The notes below the pieces were generated by a model. That model did no database searches, was not told the DNA's origin, and saw nothing but the letters and a program-made list of their open reading frames with translations. The position numbers and the translations under genes are program-made. A DNA stretch of 62,206 bases, filler included, from Nemertoderma westbladi (lineage: Eukaryota; Animalia; Xenacoelomorpha): the NCBI GenBank assembly GCA_032718475.1. It is 3 parts of 3 records of this genome, joined end to end, with 100 filler letters (N's around TTAATTAATTAA, not from the genome) between each part and the next. Parts side by side here need not be neighbours in the genome. Positions count along the whole stretch, not along the records: positions 26,856 to 52,869 come from JAUCBJ010008802.1; positions 52,970 to 62,206 come from JAUCBJ010002278.1; 1 more part is not named here. The stretch is one strand, 5' to 3'. Positions 49,696 to 61,600 of this stretch are shown one piece after another. Position 1 is the stretch's first letter. The number at the start of each line of letters is the position of its first letter.

Positions 49696-50259
49696 TGCTC
49701 TTCCAAATACAAACAATGCTAGACAAATTTATTGTTGTGTACAGCACAGTGCTACACCAAGCCACACAAATAAAACACACTGGGAGTCGAGTGGGTAGAA
49801 AAATATAATTGATAAACGGATGTTATTAAGGCGGTGTGGCGGCTATTGGGATATGATGGATAGGGCCTAATGGATTGCTGCTCTAGAATATCGTGTTAAT
49901 ATGTGGCGCGCTTTGCGATACTGCCCAGCAGTTTAAGCCAGATAATGACTGATGATAACCTTGTGGTGGGGGGTGCCAAAATACACTTTTTTGATGCGGT
50001 AATACACTTTGAATGACCCCTATATACCATCCAGGATTCTGGTGAGAGCATAGCAAAGGCGGCTATTAGTTCCAGTGCTAGACAGAGACGTCGCACCTTT
50101 AAGGTGGTGGTACCCTGGGTTTATTTCCAGATCATGGATGCTGCTTGATGAGAGATAATGTGTTCGTTCCTTTTACGGAGCTCCTTATCCACGACCTATA
50201 AAGTGAGATCCATAATCTACTGTATATATGCAATAGGTCCTTGCTGGAACCTATTAATT

Positions 50260-50490
50260 ATAATGTGGTGACATTCCTGGGCTTCCAATTCCTGGTTCGA
50301 TCCCTAGATGGGGCAGCACTGTTTGGGTTCAGTGCTTTAAATGCTGCAGCTTAGCTCAACCCGGCTTTCATCCTTCAGTGGTCGATAAATGGTAACCAAG
50401 GCAACTTGGCGAAACAGAGTGGAAGGGTTTACTGTGGAAGATCACCCATGGTGGTGAACAGGCATTCCTTGGCTTAACGAGCCTAAAAGA
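50260..50490 (+). mobile_element. Degenerate tRNA-derived SINE
   Basis: B-box GGTTCGATCCC at ~50294 followed by the core-like CTTTCATCCTTCAGTGGTCGATAAATG. Confidence 0.5.
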
Positions 50491-50991
50491 TTCGCCCATT
50501 AATTATAATGTATTACTTTTCATAATTAATAAGTAATTATTATATTCGAAAATGGAAATAATACTGTTAATTCCTTAGGTAGAACATCAGATTACTGCAT
50601 CTGATACTCAGATACTGCAGCTAAAAATCTACTACAAGAATCACTATAATAAATAGGATTTTAAAACATCTCAAGTTGTAATCTTATAAAGTGAAAGATT
50701 ATAAGACTGCAGCCTACAGGTAGTAATAGTGTGTAAATAATAGTAATTTATCATTCCACGATCCAGCGACTACTTACTAGCAGTATTGGCAGTTCCCGTC
50801 CCTTAGATTAAAGAGAATAAGGAAAAGAAAGAAAATAAAATAAAGATAACAGACGGGACGAGAATATTACTAACTGTATTATGCTTAGCAGTTCGGGTCT
50901 CACCACCACTGACCACTGCTGCACTGTACCGTATCCCCTTTATCCTGTAGCTTACTAAATTCAGAAATTAGGTATTCAGGCCTATCCTATC

Positions 50992-52620
50992 ATGGATGAT
51001 TCTGGCAACGGGATGAGCTGCAGGGAGCCGCCAATCAGCACAGAGATTGAAACCTGTCCGGGTCAGCAACCATCCAGCAGCAATGACGACTCACTTTCCC
51101 ACGTCTCCCACCCTCCCGGTATCCCTCCCCCCGCCTGTGCCGACGACACCTCGTCACAAGAACGTAGGTTTATCGCCCAGTCCATCCTCTACTACTCCAA
51201 GGGTTCCCCCTGCCACTCGGTGGCTTCCAACCCGCCCATCGTCTCGGAAACCGACGTAGACATCTCGTTGGTGGACTCCGTTAGCGAGTACGGTTGCAAC
51301 CTGGACGCGTGCAGTCGGCCGAACAACACGCGGGGCGGCTCGGTGGACCATCCGAGCGGCCAGTTGGAACTAACGGTAAACGCGATCACAGGTAGTCGGG
51401 TGAACACAAACCCGCTGGGGTACACCGGGGTGGTTGAGGATACCGAGGAAGACAGGGATGACTGCTGTGGGATAAACACCAAGGTAGGCCTGCATAATGA
51501 TTGTATGAGAACCGACGACGCCGGTGATACAGACGATGATACCGAATTCGATGAGGCATTCGAATCGAGTCGACGGGCGGAAACTGTCCGGTCTTCGGAG
51601 TTTCCGCGAGAGGGTAACCATGGTGATGGGGTCCCTGGGGACGACCGGGGTCGCTTTGCGAAGGAGCCGTCGTCGCCAGATTCCGTTACGCCGTCGCCTG
51701 GCAACCCGCTATCCATAGACGCGTTGCTAAGCGATCCCGACGAGTTTCCTAGCGACCGGGACGCGTTGCTTAGCGACGCGGACCCCATACCTCGCGACCC
51801 CGCCCCGTTGCTAACCTTCGCTGCGCTCGTTCTGTCGTGGCGCTCGCTGAATCTCCGCGAGTTCCGCCCGCTGATCCGCGCTAAGCGACGCAGTAACGTC
51901 CGGGGCGTCCGTCGGTTGTTCCGTCTCTACACGCCACTAAACCCGTCGCTACGCAACGACCGCGGCTACCTCTACGCGATGTCGCTCTGTCAATTCGAGA
52001 ACTCCAATAAAACGCACTGCGCCACACTGCAGACAATATACAGACACATCGTAGGGGCCGCTCGCACCGGTACCGACACAGACTGCCCCCGGTTCGGCGC
52101 TCATTGGGAGCTCATCGGGTTCCAAGGCAACGACCCGGCCACGGACCTCCGCGGAACCGGTATGCTGGGCCTCGTCCACCTCCACTATCTCGTGTCGACC
52201 CCGCGACTCGCCGCGCTCGGCCGCGATGTCCACGCGCTCTCCCGCCATCCCGTCAACGGATTCCCCTTCGCGGCCCTCGGTATCAACCTGACCAAACTCG
52301 TTCTCGACGTGACGCGAGAGAAGCGACTCAACGCTGCGTTCAACCGTAGTCGTGACGTTATCGCCGCGAGCTGCGAGTTCTACGTCGCTCTCTACCTCCG
52401 ACTCTACCGGGTGTGGCGCGGCGGTAAGTCCATTCTCGATACTCCCTTCGTCCTCAGGGAAATTGAGAACGCGGCTCGAGCCAAACCCGCTCGGTTGCTC
52501 ACTGAACTCGAGGAGTTTCTCGGCGACGACCAACAATTCCGTGACGGACCGAGACGAGCGGATAAAAGTGAGATCGTCTTTAGTAATATTGATGCATTCC
52601 CGTCTAATGTAGAAATATAA
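50992..52620 (+). CDS. ELMOD3: ELMO domain-containing protein 3, intronless, with long acidic disordered N-terminus
   Basis: LQTIYRHI, CPRFGAHWELIGFQGNDPATDLRGTGMLGL, FPFAALGINLT. Confidence 0.9.
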   Translation: MDDSGNGMSCREPPISTEIETCPGQQPSSSNDDSLSHVSHPPGIPPPACADDTSSQERRFIAQSILYYSKGSPCHSVASNPPIVSETDVDISLVDSVSEYGCNLDACSRPNNTRGGSVDHPSGQLELTVNAITGSRVNTNPLGYTGVVEDTEEDRDDCCGINTKVGLHNDCMRTDDAGDTDDDTEFDEAFESSRRAETVRSSEFPREGNHGDGVPGDDRGRFAKEPSSPDSVTPSPGNPLSIDALLSDPDEFPSDRDALLSDADPIPRDPAPLLTFAALVLSWRSLNLREFRPLIRAKRRSNVRGVRRLFRLYTPLNPSLRNDRGYLYAMSLCQFENSNKTHCATLQTIYRHIVGAARTGTDTDCPRFGAHWELIGFQGNDPATDLRGTGMLGLVHLHYLVSTPRLAALGRDVHALSRHPVNGFPFAALGINLTKLVLDVTREKRLNAAFNRSRDVIAASCEFYVALYLRLYRVWRGGKSILDTPFVLREIENAARAKPARLLTELEEFLGDDQQFRDGPRRADKSEIVFSNIDAFPSNVEI

Positions 52621-52696
52621 TTCGTGAGTTTTTGTAAATATCCTGGTTTATTTTTAGTAACGTGTTTATAATACAATACTTAGTTACGTTCATCCC

Positions 52697-52869
52697 GGTC
52701 TCTCTTTGGCGTAGCGGTTGAATCCGTTGCACTGAATTCACGTATCTGTGGAGGTCGTGGGTTCGATCCCCGCATAGGGGCCAAGCGAGTTTTCGTTTCG
52801 GCACGAATGCTTTAAAGGAAATAGTTAGGGCGCATCTCTATCTGCCTTGCATCCTGAAATGAGTACCAA
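52697..52869 (+). mobile_element. tRNA-derived SINE, truncated at contig end
   Basis: A-box TGGCGTAGCGG, B-box GGTTCGATCCC and AAATGAGTACCA core motif; does not form a complete cloverleaf. Confidence 0.7.
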
Positions 52870-52969
52870 NNNNNNNNNNNNNNNNNNNNNNNNNNNNNNN
52901 NNNNNNNNNNNNNTTAATTAATTAANNNNNNNNNNNNNNNNNNNNNNNNNNNNNNNNNNNNNNNNNNNN
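52870..52969. other. Artificial contig linker
   Basis: 44 N + TTAATTAATTAA + 44 N. Confidence 0.97.
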
Positions 52970-53167
52970 CATAGTAGGTATTGCTGCTGTAACCGTATAC
53001 TGTAAGTAAGGGTAGGCCCTATTCTGCCATTGCATTGGTACAGTACTGTTCAGGTTACAGTTCTGTTTAAACATTATTTTATTATTTGCTTCTCGAACCA
53101 GGACGTGGGACGACCTGAACTCTGACTGAAGTGATAACTGGATAACTGATAACAATCAGACAAGACA

Positions 53168-54133
53168 ATGCAACGGTTTACTTGTGAGTCGGAGAACGCT
53201 TTGGTAATTACCAAATCTATGTTCGTGAACATCTGTTCAGAAAATGACACGTTTGTGCGGAGATTTCTCGAAGAATACTTGGAAGTAAACTCGTGTTTTC
53301 TGGACGATTATGTTGTTAAGAATTGTACGGCTGGTCACATTACTGAGTGGCTGCAGCGTTCACTCTCCTATCCCTCTAACAACGCCGCCACCACCTCGGC
53401 TTTGCCCCAATACATAACTCAATCACCGACCACTGTCCCGACTACCGGGTACCGTAAGACCAGTCTGCCACTGCTGCAGAATCCATTGAGGACATCAGTG
53501 ACGACAAATGGCGGTACTAGGTTCTGCCACAATGACAATCCTGCGACCGAAATTGGTTTCCAACCGAAATCTCGAAACTCGAATCAACACATCCCACCTA
53601 CCGAACCCTCATCCATGCACCCTGTGGTCAGGTTACAACATCTCAACCAGGCAGACCTCCCGGGAGGGAGATCAAATACAAATGAACCCCAAACTGAGTC
53701 TGATAGGCACCAAACCAAACCCCATTGTATCTGAATCGTCTACATAATACAGCCAGTTTAACTTTATTATCTGATAACAACATATCGTATACCCCCGCAG
53801 TAACCACAACCGACTCAAACCATTATTATACACAACCTCTATCAGACCCATCAGATGCTCCGGAAATCATATTCATTAAGACGGAAGACGAACTGGAATA
53901 TAAACCCAACGTAGGTGAGGTTGGCGATGGCTTAAATGAATTGTTCTTCGATATAAATAGACCATATTATGGAACCCATACAGAGACATCGACCCCCCAC
54001 ACCACCCATGGTCCCTCCACACTGACCAACTACTCGACCCCAATATCTACTCAACCTCTCGGCGATTTTGACTTAAACCTTCCAAACACATACAACCTCC
54101 CGTTAAGACCCAAATCAACACTTTCCGGTATCG
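53168..54133 (+). CDS. C2H2 zinc-finger gene, putative exon 1, with a frame break near 53725
   Basis: Two successive ORFs, the second with the IKTEDE motif typical of zinc-finger transcription factors. Donor G|GTGAGT at 54133 is phase 1 and compatible with exon 2. Confidence 0.6.
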
Positions 54134-54149
54134 GTGAGTTACTATGTAT

Positions 54150-54930
54150 GTGTTAGATTAAATTTCTTACTGTTCTAAACAAAATTCCTGCCAAGAAAAG
54201 TAGGACACCAGACAACTTGGAGAGTATTATATTTTCTCGTTTATCTATCTGTATCACTGCTCCTTTATCTGTGCTTCTTAATGTTTCTTTACTAACACAC
54301 ACACTTCCATCTATTTGGCTCACTGCTGTTGTAGTTCCGTTATTTACAAAAGGTGACCCCTATGATCCATAAAAATGGATCCTGTGATCCATCCATCATG
54401 CAAAATTATGGAAATGTTTGTGAAAGACACCCTAGTTTCATACTTGCATGCCCATAAATTAATTTGCAAAGAACCACATGGATTCCTAGAATGTAAATTG
54501 ACTTGCACACTGCTCCTCGAATGTGTCGGCCTCCGGTGCACTACACTCGATAACGACTATACGACTCGACTACACTTGATATGTTGTGCATTCTAAACTT
54601 ATGCGCAAGGTTCCAGCATACGGCATCGCAGGAGATTTGCTAGCGTGGCTTAGTGCTTTTTTCTCAGACAGATCCCAACGCATTTTAGTTGGTAACAAAT
54701 TGCTACCTATTTATTGTTAAATCTGGTACGTTCCAGGGCAGTGTCCTCGGACTGGAAACTTTTATTCTCTCCATTAATGACCTTCCTGAGTTGCTTATTA
54801 CACTAGGTAAAATTAAAGTTAAGGTCTTTGCCGATGACATAAATTATACTCTGATTCCACTAACTGCGAAACACTTTTATCCGCGCTTCACGCTTCAATC
54901 CTTGGAGCGCTGGGCTGGTGAGTCGTGAGT
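54150..54930 (+). mobile_element. Decayed CR1/Jockey-group LINE RT fragment inside the intron
   Basis: AVVVPLFTKGD, YGIAGDLLAWL, QGSVLG...INDLP...VFADD. Confidence 0.8.
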
Positions 54931-55277
54931 GGCAACATTCGAAGTTGAACCAAGGTTTACTGTGTTCCAGCTCTTATCTACTATTGCAGTGGCGTAACCA
55001 GACCATGGCGAGTCGCGGGTGCCGGCCCCTGCAGGCGCCCCCACAAGCAGTCAAGGGGTGCCGAAGGCGCCCCTTGAGCGGCCTTTGAGTGGACGCCCAG
55101 TGCCCACTCGAAGTGCTAAAGGCGCCCCTGTGGGATGAAACACGAAACGAAACACATGAATCCCATCCACAAGATAATTATATTTACATTATATTTACAT
55201 AGTTATGTTATAATTATTATTTTATTATGATTTGAATCAATATTCTCCATTATTTATCACTCCGTTACTTTCTCTAG

Positions 55278-55855
55278 GCGGCCAATCACAACCATCCCCT
55301 GATGATTCAGACATGCTCACTTCCCACGATGATGTAACACCCAGAAGTATAAGTAATTCCTTCGACCAACCTGGTCCCTCTGGGATTCAACCCCAGGACA
55401 TTGTGAAAATAAGTCGCTCCAATGAGAAGTCATTCCGCTGTGATACTTGTGATAGAGCGTTCCTAAGTAACGGCAACCTAAATAGACACCAACGGATCCA
55501 CACTGTTGAGCGACCTTACCAATGCGACATCTGCTACAAACGTTTCTCTCAACTAAGTACCCTAAAGGCACACAAACGTACGCATAGTGGAGAGAAACCG
55601 TATAACTGCAACCTGTGTGAGAAAAGGTATTCTCGACTAAGTTCCCTAAAGATACACAAACGTACGCACAGTGGAGAGCGACCGTTCTTGTGCGACACAT
55701 GCGGGAAAGGATTTACAGTGAGTGGCAATCTAACGCGCCATAATATATTACATACAGGTGAACGACCGTTTAGTTGCGATGCATGCGGGAAATGTTTCTC
55801 ACACCGACATCAAGTAAAGCACCACAAATGTATCCGCAGTGGGGAGACTCGGTAA
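55278..55855 (+). CDS. C2H2 zinc-finger gene, exon 2 (4 C2H2 fingers + 1 C2HC-like finger)
   Basis: Acceptor TTTCTCTAG at 55277; Kruppel-type linkers TVERP/SGEKP/SGERP/TGERP. Confidence 0.9.
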
Positions 55856-56048
55856 CTGTAATGTTTGTAAGAAACGTTTATCTACTTCCGGTGATATTGT
55901 TGGACACAGATAAACTAAAATTCTGTATGTAGTTAGTTCTAGATTATGTTGAATAAACTTTAAAAACAGTTGAATTATCAGAAGAAATTTAAAGAACCAA
56001 ATATTTACATTTTAACTTTTTGTTATGTGCAAATGATTTATCGCGAAG

Positions 56049-56675
56049 TGTGACGGGATCCCCGAGTTGGCGAGGGAATCCCGACCGGTGTGTTTTTCTT
56101 TCAGCCATCGTACGCGTCGCCGCATCCGCTGGCTGCTGAATGGCTTGTGGTATCTGAAACGCCGGAGGCTGATAGAATAACTGAGTTTTAGTGGCGGTTG
56201 TTTGTAATGTCAGAATACAATATTAGCACAGTCAGAATACAATAATAGCACGGTTAATGACGACGGTCTAAACTGTCTTGCTTCTACACTCTACACAAAC
56301 CAACTGAACAACAGGTAATAAAGGCATCGGTTATATTACTAACACATATGGAATATTCCTACTCACTACTTTGCCTGGCCAATGGATGCACCTCAATCAG
56401 ATGGTAACCGGCCCTACCATTGGCTAATCTATAATCTATCGTTCCCTCTCTTGGCATTGGCACTCCCTGTTCTCTGATGCCCCCGTGCTAGCCTCCTTAG
56501 TCCCCCTGAGATGGCTTATGGCCTCTTATCTCTCCTTGTGGGTGGCAATGTATATGTAATATGTGTGTAATATGTGTAAATGTATATTGCTAATGTCACC
56601 TAGCCAACTATAATTGGTAAAAAGCCACTTTCCCCATTTTCTGCTGGGTAGTGCAGTGAATTGGATCCGCTTACA
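56049..56675 (-). mobile_element. Putative 3' LTR of the minus-strand BEL/Pao element
   Basis: On minus, a G-run + AG polypurine tract (56676-56688) is directly followed by TGTAAGCGG...; candidate end ...CCCGTCACA at 56049 (less certain). Confidence 0.6.
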
Positions 56676-57189
56676 CTCCCCCCCCCCCATGCTCTCTTCC
56701 TGGTGAGAAGATAGCATCAACCTTAAGTGCGCTCCAATTCTGCTGGAATCCAATCTAGTACTGGATTTGGGGTGGAATTCTCTTCTCAGGGCCAGCTTTC
56801 CAGGCTGGCCCCCCTGGTTCTGCTACCCATCCTTGGTACATCTGCGAGCTAAGCTGTACCACGGCATCTGGCGTCTCTATTTTAAACTCTCTCCTCACAC
56901 AATTTATTTCGGACTCTGTCGTCCGTTCTCCTCACTCACTAGTCCCATAGGACTCATCCTCCTCTCTGCTCGCCCCCCACACTTGGATCTCGCACTCTTC
57001 ACTTTTCCCCCTTAACTCTCGTACCTCCCCTTCCATACTTCCCCAATACTCAACCCCCTTTGCTCTCACTCTCCATATGCTCCTGTCAGGCTCCCACATT
57101 CTCAATCGTGCGGCCGCACTTCAGAAATGGGATCCGTCTAATGTCTCGCCAGTTAGTCCCCAATCCCAGTAGCTAATTGAAAAAGGTTA

Positions 57190-57805
57190 TACCTGACTAT
57201 AGTACGTATATTATATATTTTTCTATACGACATATCTTAATTCACCCCCTTTCAGAAGTGATATAAACCGTCTCTCCCACATCTCGCCCCCCACTTGAGT
57301 GAATTCGCAAGTCCCGCCTGGTATTCCTCTCAAAACTTGTTCCACTCCATCGGCTTGTGGCACACGAGTCCCATCAACTGACCCATCGCCACGGCTCCGT
57401 ATTGTCCTGTGTCATCCACCAATCCTAATCCATCCGGTTTCGTCACAGCCATGTAGACTACCTGCATGTCCAGAAGATTCGGGGTGCCCGGTCCAATAAT
57501 CCTCTCCTTGTTGCCGCGTATCGCCGATCCAATCTCGATCGTAGTCTTTGACCTTCCTTACTAGCTTCTGCATCGCATCCTGTGGGCGGTTCAACTTTGG
57601 CCCGCTCTTCTTACCATAGGTCGCTAGGTCAAACAGAAAAATATCTCCATACAGCGCCACTAAATGCAGCAATATAGTTCTGCTCGACCCTCCTTACCCC
57701 TTTCTTGTCCCACCGTCATCCTCTACTGTCCCCACGTCATCCAGGACCATATATCCGCCCCTCTCTGCGGAATACAACAAACTTCTTCACTAGCTTCTCC
57801 GCCAT
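57190..57805 (-). pseudogene. Decayed DEDD-exonuclease-like cargo ORF homologous to ORF-B
   Basis: Manual translation across stops and frameshifts: GYMVLDDVGTV...RTILLHLVALYGDIFLFD...TIEIGSAIRGN...LLDMQVVY...MGLVCHKPM, collinear with the ORF-B motifs. Confidence 0.6.
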
Positions 57806-58649
57806 CACGATTCTCCTCTCTCACCAGACTGGTGGTGCCTTAGAAAAGCTCAGTAGGGTAAGGGATAACTAAGTATGGTCTTAATTAGTTTAAATCAGTG
57901 ATGGCCTACCTCCTATCTGCGTTCTGCCAATGTTTCGTACAAATATTCCCCTTTATGTGCCAATTTACCCCTGATTTTTCAGTGCTGTGTTCCTCAACTA
58001 ACATGCTATTACTATACCTACTAGTCAATTACTACGTAAGTAATTCATCACTACTTATCTACAGAGAAGACTAGCTACAATTTTCTTAGTCTTGTACTAG
58101 CTTCCTACCATACAACTCGGGCTCTGTAACAATGCTCTAACTCTGCACTACGGGCTATGCGCTACAGTAGTCTAGTTCGTGCGGCCTACACGGTCTATTC
58201 CACTATGGCTACATACCCCCTTCAACTCCTCATGTGGCGCCCTCAGTGCCCACTATAGTACGTACTACGTACTATTATTGGTTCCATTGACCCGGCATTT
58301 GGTATTTATTACGTACATTGGCACATTGTGCCCATCAGACGTATGCAGCATATACCCTTCTAATCCTCACTATGATACCATGTACCCTTCTACTGATATT
58401 GGTCCTATTGACCCGGCATTTGGTGCGTATGTAAACTAGGTACGTTGGTACATTCGTACCCATCCGACATACGTAATTATAACCACCTACACCTAAATAT
58501 TATGTACATTGGTACGTCCGTACCCGTCAGACGTACATAATGTCTACCTAAAACTAATTATTAATGTACCTTGGTACTATATTTATATTTTTTATTTTAT
58601 TATTTTTATTTTGTGTGTGGGAAGGGCGTCTCGCCCTCATTCCCACCCC

Positions 58650-61600
58650 CTCAGTCCAATATATTGGACGACTCAAATAATTGTGGCGCTCCCTCCAATA
58701 GGCAACACTTTCCTACCGCCCTGCTCCTGTAGGTCTTCCTATCTTTGGCCCCTATCTCTCCTCTGATTCTCACTTCCACGGATCTGATCTTTCCGTCCTT
58801 GCCGGGGTAGCATTAAACTACTCTCGCGAGCCTCCAGTGATTGTTGATAATCGTGTCATCTGTGATGATTATCAAGTCACCCTTCCTAAGCTCCCTCTGA
58901 TTGTTCCTCCATTTGCTCCTTTTGTGCAGTGTTGGAAGGTACTCTTGGATCCACCTTTTCCAATACTCTGCACCTATCGCCTTAGCCACCTTCCAGCTCT
59001 GACGCGAATTTATTGTCTGGGTCGATGTTTCGCATGTCGATCGTCGTCTGGTCTCTCCATTAACTAGGTGTGCCTGTGTTAGGACGTCCAGCGATTCTGG
59101 ATCGTCGTTCTCGGGATACAGCGGGCAGCTGTTGATAATCCCCTCGCACTTCGCCAGCACTGTCCTGAATACATCCTCGGTCACCATGTGATTATTCATG
59201 AGTTTGGTCATCAGCTGCTTAGAGCTTCGACGAGGCACTCTACGCAGCCCAGCGTATGTGGGGGGTATGGTGTCCTCCTTTCCCATCTAATCAGGTGCTT
59301 CCTCATCGCTGCCTTAACATCTTCATCCTCCAAGATGTCAAGGGCCTCTGCTAACTCGTTTTCTGCACCAACAAAGTTAGTCCCATTGTCTGAGTATAGT
59401 ACTTCGACCATCCCTCCTCTGCGGGTCACGAACCTCTCCAATGCATTAATAAATGCCGAAGCCGTAGCGTCCTGAGCCAGTTCTATCCCCACGGCCCTCG
59501 TATTATTGCAGACGAAGATAATGCCGTAACGCTTCTCCGTATGCTGCATCACCTTGATCTTGATTAGCCCAAACATGTCCATGCCGCAGTGTGTGAACGG
59601 TGGGTCGAGATGGCGCCATTGCGACTAACAGGGTGAGCCTGTTAGTCTGCAATGGCGCCATCTCCTGCATGGCCCTCTCCTTCTTCGTCCGTCGGCATGT
59701 CTGGCATTGCCCCACTACCGCCTTCACCATCTTCCTAAGCTGGATTACCCAGAATCTCTTCCGAATCTCGGATAGGGTCTGGTTGGTACCCCCGTGTAAT
59801 ATGGACTTATGGGCGTCCCATATGATCTGGTGGATTATCGGTGACTATGTTAGGGATTATTATTGGCTTCGGTGGAATTGGGCACTGATGTTGTTGACCA
59901 CCCTGGATTTCATGACCACGATTCCATCCTTATCCAGTTGCGGTGACAGCGTGTTGATTTTGCTGTCCTGACGAAGGTGCTGCTGTTTCCTAATGCGGTC
60001 TACTTCATCTCCGTATCCCTTCCTTTGTTCGTATCGTATCACGGCTTTAGCCACCCCTTCCAGATCGATGGTGGGTTTTATTTTTCTGCCTGTACCAGCT
60101 CCCCTAAGGAATCCTCCGTAGGCCCTCAGATATGCCTCTAGCTTCTTTGTCTTATACCAGCTGGAGTTTTAACTGAGCAACCTATCAGTTGTATTATTGC
60201 ACGAGTCAATTGTCTTAGATCGTGGTGGTGCCTCCTTAATCTCCCTCATTAGCTGTCTAAATATTTCTTCCCCCTCCGTTTTGTTTCCCTCATCCTCTAC
60301 TATCACTTCCTCTGCACTTGGATCTACCTTACTCCTCGGTGGCCGCTTTGACCTGTCGTTGAGGAAGTGCGGGCCTTGCTGCCACCACTCCTGCTTTCTC
60401 GAGAAAGTGTGGCGTAGTACGCCCCTCGATAGCAAGTCCGCCGGATTGTCATCAGTTGGGCAGAAGTTCCACTTGTCAAAGTCCGTTGTTGCTCTTATCT
60501 CATCCACTCAGTTCGCTATTAATATGGGATAACGCGTTTTTTCGTTATGCAACCATCCCAATACTGCCATGGAATCTGTCTAGTAGTAGTGTCTGTACTA
60601 TACTTGGTATCGTATCCACCAAGTACGCTGTTGCTCTCACCCTAGTCTCACAGTCGTTAGCTCTTGTTTTGGCACCGATGCTTAATCCAGTGGCATCGAC
60701 CTCGCTTTACTGAACGCAAGCCTGGGCTTATGAGTCCCCTTCCACTGAACCTGCTTACTTATGTCTGTCGGGACCTCCACATTCCAGTTGTCTTTGATCT
60801 TATAGACCTTCTTAAGTATCTGCAATGCAATGTACTAACAATGGGGATGCTAGTCCTAGCGGATCGTAAATCCTCGCTATGTATGACACATAGCCTCGCT
60901 TGGTATGGATCCCGGCACCCTCCTGACTCAGTTGATATTCCAACTCATCCGTCTCCCGGTTCCATACGATCCCTAGTGCCTTCTGTTGTGATTCTACCCT
61001 CTTGTCCGCCATGATTTGTTCCTTCACCATCATAGGTTTATCTAGTTTTACTCCGGTTGTTTATCCTCTATGGCCTCCATGAATTCTTTGGAGTTCGACT
61101 GGAACTTCGTCAAGTTGAATCCTGACTTCTTCAGGATGTCGCGAACTTCGCGCCATGTGTCGAGGATTTCCTTAACTGAGTTTCCTGAACCCATTCCATC
61201 ATCCATGTAGAACCCGCGTCGAATCATATCGATCGCCTTCTCGCTATACTCCCCCTCTTTCCCCTCCACTGTGTCTCTTACGGCTGTGGTCGTGGTGAAT
61301 GAGGACGACTTGGCCCCCATATTCTGCACTACCATCTTCTACATCGGTATCTCCGACAGGTTCTTCGTCGCCGTTGTACACAGGAAGTGGCAAATAATAA
61401 GTCCTGTCGGTGTCCGGCTCGTCTACTGTTAGCTCCATGGCCCATCCCCGATCCACATACTTCTTGATGGTTCTATGTATATACTCGTTCTTCTCCACGC
61501 TCCGCCTAAGCGTTTGCTTTAATTTTCGGAGTCTCGTCATGACCATCCTTTTGTTGTTTGGTAGGGGCACCTTCAGCTCCTTCCATACCATCCCTATGGT

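Noticed and set aside
49860-50230. Old LINE fragment on minus (RRLCLALELIAAFAMLSPES)
   Set aside because: Only a vague resemblance; too degraded to support.
51047-52676. Overlapping alternative and antisense ORFs in ELMOD3 (likewise in NDRG and the DUF4807-like gene)
   Set aside because: Expected shadow ORFs of GC-rich coding sequence.
52697-52780. tRNA gene
   Set aside because: Has A/B boxes but no proper cloverleaf, and continues into a SINE core motif.
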